A stretch of DNA of 64,000 bases from Octopus bimaculoides (Eukaryota), in NCBI RefSeq assembly GCF_001194135.2, contig NC_069001.1, positions 7,261,384 through 7,325,383 of the forward strand. Reading direction: 5' to 3'. Below, piece by piece: positions 63,745 through 64,000 of this stretch (the stretch's first letter is position 1; each line of letters opens with the position of its first letter). Position numbers and translations under genes: made by a program. The notes under the pieces were generated by a model. That model was not told the origin of the DNA, made no database searches, and saw only the letters and a list, made by a program, of their open reading frames with translations.

Positions 63745-64000
63745 GGCGCAGGAGTGGCTATGTGGTAAGTAGCTTGCTTACCAACCACATGGTTCCGGGT
63801 TCAGTCCCACTGCGTGGCACCTTGGGCAAGTGTCTTCTACTATAGCCTCGGGCCGACCAAAGCCTTGTGAGTGGATTTGGTAGACGGAAACTGAAAGAAG
63901 CCTGTCGTATATATGTATATATATATATGTATGTGTGTATATGTTTGTGTGCCTGTGTTTGTCCCCCCAACATCGCTTGACAACCGATGGTGGTGTGTTT
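63745..64000 (+). mobile_element. SINE family A, truncated by the window end
   Basis: ggcgcaggagtggctatgtggtaagtagcttgcttaccaaccacatggttccgggttcagtccc... Confidence 0.9.

Noticed and set aside
778-63973. The many supplied ORFs rich in HT/YI/CV/LS/II/MM repeats or X runs
   Set aside because: They are translations of (CA)n, (TA)n, (GA)n, (GAT)n and (ATT)n microsatellites, or read-through of N gaps, not proteins.

Overview
AT-rich, gap-ridden eukaryotic draft-assembly sequence. It is dominated by microsatellites, several tRNA-derived SINE families, RTE-clade LINE 3' ends with (GAT)n tails, MITEs and Helitron-type non-autonomous elements. The repeat set looks like an Octopus (coleoid cephalopod) genome; this is recognition of the repeats, not a database result. 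Nearly all supplied ORFs are microsatellite or N-gap artefacts. The only recognisable protein homology is an RTE ORF2 fragment (58921-59280) with a PHD-like C/H finger next to the RT 'F.YLG' motif. Reading splice signals by hand suggests the window lies largely inside the introns of a long minus-strand gene. The evidence is three frame-preserving microexon candidates (15, 21 and 18 nt at 35.9, 33.9 and 33.2 kb), some weaker short exon candidates, and a strong recursive-splicing-like site (long AG-free U-rich tract + CAG|GTAAGT) at 14.94 kb. I could not identify the host gene. A minimal type I hammerhead ribozyme motif lies in a Penelope-like remnant at 20.0 kb. I found no CRISPR array, rRNA or genuine tRNA gene. 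SINE labels A/C/D/E are my own, and repeat boundaries are approximate.
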